Source of the DNA: Verrucomicrobiia bacterium
GTDB taxonomy: Bacteria; Verrucomicrobiota; Verrucomicrobiia; Limisphaerales; UBA8199
Reading direction: 5' to 3'
Assembly (NCBI GenBank): GCA_035651635.1
Contig: DASRFK010000152.1
Span: 19,505-83,504 of the forward strand
DNA: 64,000 bases
Below the pieces are notes generated by a model. It searched no databases. It was not told the origin of the DNA and saw only the letters and a program-made list of their open reading frames with translations. The position numbers and the translations under genes were made by a program. Below are positions 9,092 to 18,245 of this stretch, piece by piece (the first letter of the stretch is position 1; each line of letters begins with the position of its first letter).

Positions 9092-10534
9092 TTAGCCGAT
9101 TACCGCTTTGGGTTCAAGGTACTCCTGCAGCCCGAAGATCCCGCCTTCCCGACCGATCCCCGACTGTTTGAACCCACCGAAGGGAGCAAACGGATCGTGG
9201 CTTACTGTGTTGATCAGGACGCGGCCGGCAGCGAGTTTTCGCGCGACCCGGTAGGCCCTTTCAGGGTCTGCCGAGCTTACGTAGGCGATAAGGCCGAATT
9301 CGGTGTCATTGGCGATTTCAATGGCCTCGGCTTCGGTCTTGTACGTCAGTATCGACAAGACGGGGCCGAAGATTTCTTCCTTCGCGATACGCATGTCGCG
9401 GGTGACTTTTGCGAACACGGTGGGCTTGATGAAATTCCCCCGCTCAAGTCCTTGGGGATGACCTTCCCCGCCGATGACGAGCTCCGCACCTTCCTCGACC
9501 CCAGACTTGATGTACTCCTGCACGCGCTGGTACTGCTTTGTGCTGGCCAATGGGCCGAGGGTGACGTCCTTATCCTTTGGATCGCCTATTTTGATTTTTT
9601 CGACGGCCGCCTTGGCCAATCGCTTCACTTCCTCGAGGCGGTCTTCCGGCACAATCAGACGCGAAGCCGCAATGCAGGCCTGCCCGTTATTCAGATAACA
9701 GGCGTTGATGGCCATCGGGATCGCCGTTGAGAGATCGGCGTCGTCCAGGATGATGTTAGGCGACTTGCCTCCGAGCTCAAGCGTGAAGCGTTTCATTGTG
9801 TCCAGTGAGTTCTTGGCGACCAGTTTTCCGATCTGCGTCGAACCGGTGAAAGCGATTTTCTGAATGTCGGGGCTTTTCGTTAACTCCGTCCCGACGACTT
9901 CGCCAAGGCCCGTCACGACATTGATAACGCCGGGAGGCAACCCGGCTTCATGAAAGGCGTCCATCAACACTTCCGTTTGCATCGCACTCATCTCGCTGGG
10001 CTTGATGACGACCGTGCATCCGGCAGCGATTGCCGGTGCCACTTTGATCGCGATCGAGCCGGCGCTCGAATTCCATGGCGTAAATATGCCCACCACGCCG
10101 GCCGGCTCCATCACGACCTTAGATGTGCCGACAGTCTTGACCAGGTCGAAATCCTCGAGGACCTTCTTGAAGTGCAGGAAAATGTTTGCCGCGAGGTTGT
10201 TGGAGCCCTTCGCACGGTCTTGCGGTGCGCCGTATTCCACCACCGTCGCCTCAACGAGTTGATCCATTCTCTTGGCCACGGCGTCGTGCAACCGCTGCAG
10301 GCAGTCCATCCGGTGTTCCTTGCTACTTTGCGAAAAGGCGTTGAAGGCCTCTTTCGCAGCAGCGATGGCTTTTCGGGTGTCGATTTCGTCTGCCATGGTG
10401 ACCTTGCCGATAATCTTGTTGTCGGTCGGGTTCACCAGATCGACGACCTGGGTTCCATGCGGTGTGACGAACTGGCCATTGATATAGGCGCGATCAAATG
10501 CCTTTACTGGAGTCGCGGTTTCATGTGTTTTCAT
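9092..10534 (-). CDS. NAD(P)-dependent aldehyde dehydrogenase
   Basis: 480 aa. FTGST.IG, ELGGKSP, catalytic NNGQACIAASR, and C-terminal EYLEPK. Confidence 0.92.
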   Translation of the reverse strand: MKTHETATPVKAFDRAYINGQFVTPHGTQVVDLVNPTDNKIIGKVTMADEIDTRKAIAAAKEAFNAFSQSSKEHRMDCLQRLHDAVAKRMDQLVEATVVEYGAPQDRAKGSNNLAANIFLHFKKVLEDFDLVKTVGTSKVVMEPAGVVGIFTPWNSSAGSIAIKVAPAIAAGCTVVIKPSEMSAMQTEVLMDAFHEAGLPPGVINVVTGLGEVVGTELTKSPDIQKIAFTGSTQIGKLVAKNSLDTMKRFTLELGGKSPNIILDDADLSTAIPMAINACYLNNGQACIAASRLIVPEDRLEEVKRLAKAAVEKIKIGDPKDKDVTLGPLASTKQYQRVQEYIKSGVEEGAELVIGGEGHPQGLERGNFIKPTVFAKVTRDMRIAKEEIFGPVLSILTYKTEAEAIEIANDTEFGLIAYVSSADPERAYRVARKLAAGRVLINTVSHDPFAPFGGFKQSGIGREGGIFGLQEYLEPKAVIG

Positions 10535-10680
10535 TTGTGTGACCTTTCACGAGGTTTCGGCTTTACTAAGGTCGCTGTGTCTTTCAGCGCCGCAGCTCAC
10601 GATTTCAGTATGGCTCAAAAGCTGGTCGGCGTAACGAGCAAAAGCCGCCACTGCTTCTGCAGAACATGCGAAACGGTTTT

Positions 10681-10832
10681 TCGTGTCTAAATGCCGCCTT
10701 GGCACCGCAACCGGTGACATGTGCCGAAACGCCGTTCTGGTATCTTGGTTAAGTTCTCAGGTGTAGAACGTGTGTCAGAAGAGCCGGATTAAACCGGCTT
10801 TTTTGTTGTACCAATGCAGCCGGCATCAATAC
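10681..10832 (+). repeat. R element copy 1 (about 150 nt, ends in an intrinsic terminator); sRNA or mobile-element candidate
   Basis: Aligns with 20569..20722. The ~93-nt core from GGTGACATG to GTTGTACC has about 5 mismatches. The last ~56 nt (GTTCTCAGGTGTAGAACGTGTGTCAGAAGAGCCGGATTAAACCGGCTTTTTTGTTGTACC) are identical. Same orientation in both copies. Confidence 0.7.
10782..10806 (+). terminator. rho-independent terminator-like hairpin inside R copy 1
   Basis: AGCCGG-ATTAAA-CCGGCT followed by TTTTTT. It is preceded by a second small hairpin, GTTCT-caggtgt-AGAAC. Confidence 0.5.
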
Positions 10833-11187
10833 TGTCCGGCTCAAAGGGCGATGGCCCGACGGGCAAAAGCGCACGTTACTGAAGTGCCTCGCAGCCATAC
10901 CGTCTACGTTTCACAACCAACAGAGGTTGCAGAGTTCATCCGGCAGGCAACCGATGCTTTATTTGAACTGCAATTGGGCCACCGAGACTTGTCCAGCGAC
11001 CGGCGAAGGTTTTGAAGTGCTTCGCCGGTGATTTTCATTTGTTGAGTGATGTGCGAATGCGTCGCTTTAACCTGAATAGTGAGAAAACCACAGCGCTGGT
11101 CCTTTCCCCCGGTATCGATACCTTGAACGACAACTCTCAAGATCCGAGTTTCAGACGCAGTTTCGCGACGCTCTGTGCGAACCTCGA

Positions 11188-12078
11188 TCAGCAAGCTTTC
11201 GTTCGCCTGGCTGAGTCAATAAACGAGTCCGTAGCTGATGATCGGGGTTTCTTGCAATACGCGATGCCGACCACAAGAGGTGGTGGTGCAGGTTGCAATG
11301 GGCGAATTTTCAACCGCGGGCTTCCAAGACCATTAAGCGGCTGTGCAATCACAGCAACTCCTCTGCCCGATTCGACGGCCGCGATGAGGCTGGTGATGCT
11401 GTCGTGTTCCTCGACGATCTGCGGCGAGCGGTTCAGTTGCCCAAACAAGTCGTCGATCCACGCCCGATGCTCTGGATAGTCCGCAACCGTAAACGCGACG
11501 AGATGCTCCTTGGCGACTTGCTCCAGCCCAACTCTATGCGCTCGCGCCAGCGGGTGAGCCGGATGAACGGCCACGCAAACCTGCTGACACTGCAATCCCT
11601 CGAAAACTAATCCCGCCAGAGCCTTCAGCGACACCTGCACCAGCAGAGCCACCTGGAGGTTTCCTTCTCTCAGTCCATCCAACATTTCACGGGTTGATAA
11701 ATCGTGAAGCTGTACGCGCACGCCAGGGTTGGACTCCCGGAAGTACCTCAGCGCACGCGGCAGGAGTTCGACCGTCAATGATGGCGCGTAACCGACGTGG
11801 ATTTCGGCGCGCTTTCCTGCGGCGACGGCCTTGGCCATTTGCACGGCATCCTGCACACCCTGCAAGGCTATGCGAGCTTCAGTGAGCAAAACGCGGCCGG
11901 CTTCGGTGAGCCGCACGGCTTTTGCGCCGCGGTCGAAAAGCACGATACCAAGTTCATCTTCCAAATCCCGAATTTGCCTGCTTAACGTCGGCTGTGACAA
12001 GTGGAGCTTCACCGCCGCGCGCGTGACGTTCTGTTCCTCGGCGACGGCCACGAAGTATCGCAGATGACGGAGTTCCAT
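11188..12078 (-). CDS. LysR-family transcriptional regulator
   Basis: Likely start MELRHLRYFVAVAEEQNVTRAAVKLHLSQPTLSRQIRDLEDELG at 12078 (the ORF track extends to 12198). Confidence 0.9.
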   Translation of the reverse strand: MELRHLRYFVAVAEEQNVTRAAVKLHLSQPTLSRQIRDLEDELGIVLFDRGAKAVRLTEAGRVLLTEARIALQGVQDAVQMAKAVAAGKRAEIHVGYAPSLTVELLPRALRYFRESNPGVRVQLHDLSTREMLDGLREGNLQVALLVQVSLKALAGLVFEGLQCQQVCVAVHPAHPLARAHRVGLEQVAKEHLVAFTVADYPEHRAWIDDLFGQLNRSPQIVEEHDSITSLIAAVESGRGVAVIAQPLNGLGSPRLKIRPLQPAPPPLVVGIAYCKKPRSSATDSFIDSARRTKAC

Positions 12079-12089
12079 TTCCTCCAAGT

Positions 12090-12104
12090 ATGCCCGATGG
12101 GCAT
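12090..12104. promoter_or_regulatory. LysR-type operator palindrome ATGCC-N5-GGCAT
   Basis: Perfect 5-5-5 inverted repeat, 12 nt upstream of the LysR start. The same half-sites occur at 16063..16077. Confidence 0.5.
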
Positions 12105-12242
12105 GGTTAGCCAAGCAACAAGGTATTTCCGCCGCATCTGTGTTGCAGGTAGCGTAAGAGGCGACGACCGTTCCAATTCGAACGGCGTACAAAAGCATAA
12201 AAGCGATCTGCCAATACTGCGATAAACTAAAGGACCGAGTCT

Positions 12243-12872
12243 ATGGAATCCCAGAATACGAAACGATACCAGGAGCGACTTACGCCGGACAACGCCGCTC
12301 TAATTCTCGTCGACCATCAAGTTGGGCTGTTCACTGGAGTCAGAGATATCCCTGTAGCGGAGTTGAAGCATAATGTCGTCGCACTAGCGAAAGCGGCCAA
12401 AGTGTTGGGCGTTCCGACCATCGTGACCGCTACCTCGCCGGAGATGTGGGGTCCAACGATTCCGGAGCTGGCGGAGGCCTTGCCCGGGGTCCAGATCATT
12501 GCGCGAACGACGGTCAATGCATTTGATGAGCCCCGGTTTGCTAAAGCTGTGGAAACTGCCGGTCGCAAGAAGCTCGTTATCGCGGGTGTTTCAACCGAGG
12601 TGTGTTTGGCTCTTCCAGCCATCCATGCGACGGGAATGGGTTACGATGTGTATGGCGTGATTGACGCCTCCGGCACTTTCAGCGAAACCAAGCGCATTAC
12701 GGGGCTGCTGCGCATGGTTCAAGCGGGCGTGATCGTCATCGACTATTGCACCGTCGCCGTAGAAATGCTCAAGGATAACTCGAGTCCAAAGGCCGGCGAT
12801 CTGTATGCGGCCCTCGATATGCCTTTTGCCGGTCTGGTCGGACAATTAGCCGGAGCATTCGCCAAGCATTGA
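12243..12872 (+). CDS. isochorismatase-family hydrolase
   Basis: 209 aa. ALILVDHQVGLF, KKLVIAGVSTEVCLALPAIHATGMGYDVYGVIDASG. Confidence 0.85.
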   Translation: MESQNTKRYQERLTPDNAALILVDHQVGLFTGVRDIPVAELKHNVVALAKAAKVLGVPTIVTATSPEMWGPTIPELAEALPGVQIIARTTVNAFDEPRFAKAVETAGRKKLVIAGVSTEVCLALPAIHATGMGYDVYGVIDASGTFSETKRITGLLRMVQAGVIVIDYCTVAVEMLKDNSSPKAGDLYAALDMPFAGLVGQLAGAFAKH

Positions 12873-12979
12873 ACCACCGCCAAGACATTCGCCATCACAT
12901 CAACTATTCGCGCTGAAACCCATTCAAGCGCCCTCGCCCGACGTAAGGGCCTCCAATGCGTGCAAAGAAATGAGCCTCT

Positions 12980-13882
12980 TCATTTACCGCGCGAGGATTT
13001 GCTAATTTCCTCCAAAAGGAGTTTCAGGAAGGCTTCGGAATGGGGATTGGGCCGAAGGACTGGCATTCCCGCCGCGATCAATAACGAAGCTAATTCAGGA
13101 GAGAAGCGGCGCACTTTCAGAGCGGCGGGAAGCATGGGTAAAACACCTTCTGTGAGAACCGCCATTCCCGCGTTCGCTTCGATGGCGATGAAAAGAGCGG
13201 CTATGTCCTCCGAGGTTTCGTCACGTAAATGCGGTTTCACTCCGAACGTTTTGAGGATGGCTCTAAGCCGCGGAACATATTCTGGGTATTTATCCGCGCC
13301 CGGGCCGAGTAGTTCCTTGTCGCGAAGCTGTTCGGGATGAATCTTACTCATTTTGGCGAGTGGATTCTTGTTCGATAAAACAAGCACCGGCGCAAGCCGT
13401 TGCAATTCCACCCATTGAAATCCTTTGAAATGCGGCTCCAAACTTTTTGGCAAAATAGCCATGTCAATCTGTCCCGCGGCGGCCTTTTGGGGCATTTCAT
13501 TTGTCGTGAGATCGGACAGTTCCAGAAAAACATTCTTGTTGTGAGAACGAAAGCGTTCAACGACTCGCGGCATGATACTGGCGGTCAGCGAGTGAACGTA
13601 GCCAATGCGGAGCTTCTCCCCTTGCGGGCGCGTTTTGATCCTGCGAACCGCTACGTCCACGCGGGCCAGAATGTCCTTCGCTTCCTCATAAAAAGCTTCC
13701 CCTGCCGATGTCAGGGAAATGTTATTCTGGCCTCGAACGATGAGGATGATGCCGATTTCGTCTTCAAGGCTTTTGACCTGTCGGCTCAATGCCGGTTGCG
13801 TCAGGTGCAACTGGTTTGCCGCCCGGCTAAAACTTCCGTGTGCGGCCACGGCCGCAAAATACCTTAAATGGCGGAGTTCCAC
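12980..13882 (-). CDS. LysR-family transcriptional regulator (paralog of 7906..8805)
   Basis: Probable GTG start giving (V/M)ELRHLRYFAAVAAHGSFSRAANQLHLTQPALSRQVKSLEDEIG. The ORF-track extension to 14017 looks non-coding. Confidence 0.85.
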   Translation of the reverse strand: MELRHLRYFAAVAAHGSFSRAANQLHLTQPALSRQVKSLEDEIGIILIVRGQNNISLTSAGEAFYEEAKDILARVDVAVRRIKTRPQGEKLRIGYVHSLTASIMPRVVERFRSHNKNVFLELSDLTTNEMPQKAAAGQIDMAILPKSLEPHFKGFQWVELQRLAPVLVLSNKNPLAKMSKIHPEQLRDKELLGPGADKYPEYVPRLRAILKTFGVKPHLRDETSEDIAALFIAIEANAGMAVLTEGVLPMLPAALKVRRFSPELASLLIAAGMPVLRPNPHSEAFLKLLLEEISKSSRGK

Positions 13883-13897
13883 TTGGCTCACCGTAGG

Positions 13898-13914
13898 TAT
13901 TACCAAAAGTATGA
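13898..13914. promoter_or_regulatory. LysR-type operator TATTAC-N5-GTATGA
   Basis: Matches the reverse complement of the 7875..7891 site at 15 of 17 positions. It sits 16 nt upstream of the LysR GTG start. Confidence 0.5.
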
Positions 13915-14037
13915 GCAACACCAAAAAAATGGCATTAGCCACCAAACGACTCCTGATGAATGTTCCTTGGAAAAATCCGCAGTTTGGACGAAATGTAAAA
14001 AACGTTGTGCCACTCACAACCGGAAAATCTTCAAATT

Positions 14038-14469
14038 ATGAAAACGGCAAAGCAACTGCTCGAAACATACCTCGCAGCCATTTCCGCGGGTGAGATGGAA
14101 AGGGCGATAGCGTTATTCGCAAACGATGGCGGAATTGAATTTCCCTACTTCGGGTCTGTCAACCTTCCGACCCGCTATCAAGGACCGGAGGCTCTGAGGC
14201 GGTTTTTTGCCCCCGTCATGGACGGCGCGGACAATTTTAAGTTTAAGAACATCAAAATTTTCCCAGGTGAAGACGAAAATCACGTCTCAGGTGAATACGA
14301 GGTGGACGCGGTGATTAAAAAGACGGGCCGCCGCTACCGGCAGCTCTACGGAGGCCGGCTCATTGCTGAAAACGGAAAGATAAAGCTATTGCGGGAATTC
14401 TGCGACACGGTGGAAGTCGCACGCGCAATGTTTCCCAATGGCGTGAAAGATTTGGTGCAGACTGATTAA
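14038..14469 (+). CDS. NTF2-like (SnoaL/ketosteroid-isomerase-like) protein
   Basis: Starts MKTAKQLLETYLAAISAGEMERAIALFANDG..; ends ..GRLIAENGKIKLLREFCD. Confidence 0.7.
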   Translation: MKTAKQLLETYLAAISAGEMERAIALFANDGGIEFPYFGSVNLPTRYQGPEALRRFFAPVMDGADNFKFKNIKIFPGEDENHVSGEYEVDAVIKKTGRRYRQLYGGRLIAENGKIKLLREFCDTVEVARAMFPNGVKDLVQTD

Positions 14470-14487
14470 AACAACCGGGAAGGAATC

Positions 14488-15090
14488 ATGACAAAAATAC
14501 TCGTTCTCTATTACTCGATGTATGGCCACATTGAAATCATGGCCAAAGCCGTTGCCGAAGGCGCGCGCTCCGCTGGCGGCACCGAAGTTGTCATCAAACG
14601 GGTGCCCGATTCAATGGCGCCAGAGGTTGCCAGGAAATATGGGGCCAAACTGGATCAGGAGGCCCCGATTGCATCGCCTGACGAACTGCCTCAATACGAT
14701 GCAATCATTTTCGGAACCCCCACTCGTTTTGGTAACATGGCCGGACAGATGCGAAACTTCCTCGACCGGACGGGAGACTTGTGGCTTAAAGGGGCGCTCA
14801 TCGGAAAAGTCGGGAGTGTTTTCACCAGCACCGGCACCGGCGGTGGGAATGAGTCTACTATTCTCACTTTCATTCCTACCTTGCTTCACCAAGGCATGAT
14901 TTACGTGGGTCTCCCTTATGCGATTCCTGAAACAATGGATATTAGCGAAGTGCGTGGTGGCAGTCCCTACGGAGCTGGAACAATTGCAGCTCCTGATGGT
15001 TCTCGCCTGCCTAGCGCCAAGGAACTGACGATGGCCCGCTTTCAGGGCAAGCACGTCGCGGGCATTGCGGCAAAGTTGAGAGCAAACTGA
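14488..15090 (+). CDS. wrbA: NAD(P)H:quinone oxidoreductase WrbA
   Basis: 200 aa. [54 protein letters not shown]. Colinear with E. coli WrbA from memory. Confidence 0.95.
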   Translation: MTKILVLYYSMYGHIEIMAKAVAEGARSAGGTEVVIKRVPDSMAPEVARKYGAKLDQEAPIASPDELPQYDAIIFGTPTRFGNMAGQMRNFLDRTGDLWLKGALIGKVGSVFTSTGTGGGNESTILTFIPTLLHQGMIYVGLPYAIPETMDISEVRGGSPYGAGTIAAPDGSRLPSAKELTMARFQGKHVAGIAAKLRAN

Positions 15091-15154
15091 TACAACCCGG
15101 TAAAATAGTGGAGATCAGGATGGTTAACGCACGGATACCGACGCGTGAGGGAGC

Positions 15155-16051
15155 CTAAATTCCCTTTGAAGTCTTTCGCAAGAATTCGCAAAACTTTTCA
15201 CCAGCAGGCGTTACATCTCCGTTCGTCGCGCGAGCGATGCCGACCGGTATCATTTCTTTTGAGCCGGCAATCGGGCGGAAAACCAGCCTGTTTCCGCTCA
15301 CGATTTTGAAAACCGGGATGGTCAGCGCGATGCCCCGTCCCGTTTCAACCGCTGTGATGAGGGAACTGGCGCTGTCGCATTCCACAGCAAGCCGGGGTTT
15401 CACGCCCAGAGGGGAAAAGAGCCGTTCAATAAAAGGAAAATAGTCCGGGTAATCTTTGCGGGCGAAGCCTACGATTGGCTCAGCCCCGATTTTTTCGAGC
15501 TGAATGGCTTTGAACCGAGCCAACGGATGCGTTCGAGCCAGCGCCACAGACAAAGGGTAATTGCGCAACACTTCAAACTCGATGCCCTCGATCTGCAGGT
15601 TTGTGGTTCCAGGGGTAATCGCCAGTTCCAGCGTGCCGTTTTGAAGTCCCTCAGCTAGTTCGCGCTGCGAAGCATCGTGGAGCAGGACGTTGACCTGCGG
15701 AAACGCCTTTTGAAACGCGGCCAGCGCCAGGGGCAGTATTTCAACGGTGGGCGACGGTGAATAGCCGATGTGCAGTTCGCCGTATTGTCCTCGCGCCAAT
15801 GCGCGCACTTGCTCCACGGATTCATCGGCCAGTTTTAAGAGTTGGCGGGTTTTCTCCAGGAACAGGTTTCCCTCCGCAGTGAGGATAACGCCGCGCGGAC
15901 TACGTTTGAGCAGGTCCACACCGATTTCTTCCTCCAAGTCCTGGACTCGCCGGCTTAGCGCTGGTTGGGCAATGCGCAGTTGCGTGGCCGCCTTGGTGAA
16001 ACTCAACGCTTCAGCCACAGCCAGGAAATACCGCAGATGCCGAAGTTCCAT
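15155..16051 (-). CDS. LysR-family transcriptional regulator
   Basis: 298 aa. MELRHLRYFLAVAEALSFTKAATQLRIAQPALSRRVQDLEEEIG. Confidence 0.9.
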   Translation of the reverse strand: MELRHLRYFLAVAEALSFTKAATQLRIAQPALSRRVQDLEEEIGVDLLKRSPRGVILTAEGNLFLEKTRQLLKLADESVEQVRALARGQYGELHIGYSPSPTVEILPLALAAFQKAFPQVNVLLHDASQRELAEGLQNGTLELAITPGTTNLQIEGIEFEVLRNYPLSVALARTHPLARFKAIQLEKIGAEPIVGFARKDYPDYFPFIERLFSPLGVKPRLAVECDSASSLITAVETGRGIALTIPVFKIVSGNRLVFRPIAGSKEMIPVGIARATNGDVTPAGEKFCEFLRKTSKGI

Positions 16052-16062
16052 TGCGAGCCATT

Positions 16063-16077
16063 ATGCCAAAAAGGCAT
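16063..16077. promoter_or_regulatory. LysR-type operator palindrome ATGCC-N5-GGCAT
   Basis: ATGCCAAAAAGGCAT, 12 nt upstream of the LysR start at 16051, in the divergent region. Confidence 0.5.
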
Positions 16078-16181
16078 GGCTGCGCAAGCATCATGGTATT
16101 GGGCGGATTCAAGCACGTGGGGGAAGATGGGATCAGATGATCAACAAGATCACAGCAACGCAAGAACTGGAGAAAAGAATC

Positions 16182-17108
16182 ATGAAAGCGATACGAATTC
16201 ATCAATACGGCGGACCAGAGGTTCTGGCGCAAGTGGAAATGCAGCGTCCCGCACCAGGCGCGAACGAAGTGCTCATCAAGGTTAAGGCAGCTTCGGTCAA
16301 CCCGGTCGACTGGAAAATAAGAGCGGGCTACATGAAGGATTTTCTTCCGCTCACTTTACCGGCCACGCTCGGCTCGGATGTTTCAGGAACGGTCGAAGAG
16401 GTTGGTCCCGGCGCGGCCCGGTTCCAACGGGGCGATGAAGTCTATGCAAGCCTGGGACTGGAAGGTGGCGGCTACGCGGAATACGCCGTGGCCAAGGAAA
16501 CGATCGTGGCCGAGAAACCTGGCACGTTAGATCACGTGCAGGCGGCGTCCGTGCCGGTGGCGGGCCTGACCGCATGGCAGACCTTATTTGAAGTGGCGCA
16601 ACTACGGGCCGGTCAGAAGGTGTTGATCCACGCCGCAGCCGGAGGGGTGGGCAATTTTGCCGTGCAGTTCGCCAAAGCAAAAGGCGCCTATGTCATTGGA
16701 ACCGCTTCCTCCAAGAACCAAGCGTTTCTAGGCGAATTGGGGGTAGACAAAGCGGTCGATTATCAGAAGACGCGCTTTGAAGACGTGGTGCACGATGTGG
16801 ACGTGGTCCTGGATACAATTGGCGGCGACACTCAGGAGCGTTCGTTCAAAGCGCTTAAGAAAGGCGGAATATTGGTTTCGATTGTTCAGCCACCTTTGCA
16901 AGAACTGGCTGTGAAATACGGAGTTCGCGCGCTGTTCTATGGCGGGCATCCCAGTTCATCCAACCTGACTGAAATCGCAAGGCTGATCGATGCCGGCAAG
17001 GTAAAGACGGTGGTGGAAACGGTACTTCCTCTGGCGGAAGCCCGGCGCGCTCACGAATTGAGTCAAAATGGTCATGGGCGTGGCAAAATCGTATTGAAAG
17101 CCGCGTGA
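16182..17108 (+). CDS. NADPH:quinone oxidoreductase / zinc-independent MDR-family oxidoreductase
   Basis: True start MKAIRIHQYGGPEVL (the ORF-track 5' extension is antisense to the LysR gene). VLIHAAAGGVGNFAVQFAK Rossmann motif. Confidence 0.85.
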   Translation: MKAIRIHQYGGPEVLAQVEMQRPAPGANEVLIKVKAASVNPVDWKIRAGYMKDFLPLTLPATLGSDVSGTVEEVGPGAARFQRGDEVYASLGLEGGGYAEYAVAKETIVAEKPGTLDHVQAASVPVAGLTAWQTLFEVAQLRAGQKVLIHAAAGGVGNFAVQFAKAKGAYVIGTASSKNQAFLGELGVDKAVDYQKTRFEDVVHDVDVVLDTIGGDTQERSFKALKKGGILVSIVQPPLQELAVKYGVRALFYGGHPSSSNLTEIARLIDAGKVKTVVETVLPLAEARRAHELSQNGHGRGKIVLKAA

Positions 17109-17152
17109 TTTGGAGTTTTCACCCGAAACATAACAACAAAAGGAGAATTCAT

Positions 17153-17590
17153 ATGAAGATCGCAACAGTTATCGCTCGCAGTCTGCTCGGACTGATCTTC
17201 GTCGTGTTCGGCTCGAACATGTTTCTGCACTTCATTCCGATGCCGCCACCGCCGGAAGGTCCCGCGCGTGATTTCATGACGGCGCTGTTTGTCAGCCGCT
17301 ATCTCTATATTATCGGCGCTTTCCAAGTCGTGGGAGGCCTCCTCCTGTTCACTGGCCGGTGGACGCCTCTGGGCCTGACTCTGGTCGGTCCCGTAATCGT
17401 GAACATCGTCTGCTTTCATGCACTGATGGCGCCAGCCGGCTTGCCGATGGCAATTGTCGTTTCGGCTTTGGCGCTTTTCTTACTATGGAATTACCGCAAG
17501 AACTTTGCCGGAATCCTGGCTGGCGCCCCCGCGCAATTGGATCCACACAGTCAACAAGTCACGACCAGACCCGCGACGGTTCATTCCTGA
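17153..17590 (+). CDS. DoxX-like integral membrane protein
   Basis: Start MKIATVIARSLLGLIFVVFG follows an AAAGGAGA RBS. Four predicted hydrophobic helices. Confidence 0.5.
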   Translation: MKIATVIARSLLGLIFVVFGSNMFLHFIPMPPPPEGPARDFMTALFVSRYLYIIGAFQVVGGLLLFTGRWTPLGLTLVGPVIVNIVCFHALMAPAGLPMAIVVSALALFLLWNYRKNFAGILAGAPAQLDPHSQQVTTRPATVHS

Positions 17591-17644
17591 GTGATGGCCG
17601 TCCTTGCTCAGTTAAACAGCAATTCACTTAACAAGATCAAAACT

Positions 17645-18211
17645 ATGAATGCATTAAGAATCGCGGTCATCATCGGAAGCACACGGCCTGGGCGCAACGG
17701 CGAGGCCGTGGCCAAATGGGTTTATGAAATCGCCCAAAAGCGTGCCGACGCAGAGTTCGAACTCGTGGACATCAAAGATTTCAATCTCCCGCTTCTCGAC
17801 GAGCCAATGCCGCCATCGATGGGACAATACAGTAAGCCTCACACCAAAGCATGGGCCGCCAGGATCGGCTCTTTCGATGGCTACGTCTTCGTTGCGCCCG
17901 AGTACAATCATGGCATCTCCGGTGCACTCAAGAACGCGATCGATTTTCTTTTCGCTGAATGGAACAACAAGGCCGCCGGCTTCGTCAGCTATGGCGGTGC
18001 CGGCGGCGCGCGTGCCGTCGAGCAGTTGCGGCTGGTACTGGCCGAGGTTCAAATCGCCACGGTGCGCAATCAGGTCTTGCTCTCCATGTTTACCGACTTT
18101 GAAAACTTCAGCGTCTTCAAGCCGCTTGCCCGGCACGAGAAGTCGGTCAATGAAATGTTCGACCAGGTCATTGCTTGGGGCGGCGCGTTAAAAGCGCTGC
18201 GGGAGAAATGA
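17645..18211 (+). CDS. NADPH-dependent FMN reductase
   Basis: MNALRIAVIIGSTRPGRNG..PEYNHGISGALKNAIDFL. By eye roughly 85% identical to the paralog at 59926..60486. Confidence 0.85.
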   Translation: MNALRIAVIIGSTRPGRNGEAVAKWVYEIAQKRADAEFELVDIKDFNLPLLDEPMPPSMGQYSKPHTKAWAARIGSFDGYVFVAPEYNHGISGALKNAIDFLFAEWNNKAAGFVSYGGAGGARAVEQLRLVLAEVQIATVRNQVLLSMFTDFENFSVFKPLARHEKSVNEMFDQVIAWGGALKALREK

Positions 18212-18245
18212 GCAAGGCCTGAGAAGAAACTCACCCCTTAACAAA

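Noticed and set aside
10840-10960. ORF fragment ..QRAMARRAKAHVTEVPRSHTVYVSQPTEVAEFIRQA, which looks like the C-terminal end of an alpha/beta hydrolase and lies just after R element copy 1.
   Set aside because: No start and no upstream body. It is a relic only, noted because it argues that R copy 1 is not a 5' leader of a downstream gene.
15768-16181. 5' extension of the quinone-oxidoreductase ORF. Similar upstream extensions: 4594..4650, 12079..12198, 13883..14017, 20462..20569, 33291..33404, 38144..38356, 38710..38838, 53778..53909, 54883..54984.
   Set aside because: The extensions run through neighbouring genes or promoters and lack family homology. Conserved N-termini such as MELRHLRYF and MKAIRIHQYG, together with ribosome-binding sites, mark the internal starts used in my calls.
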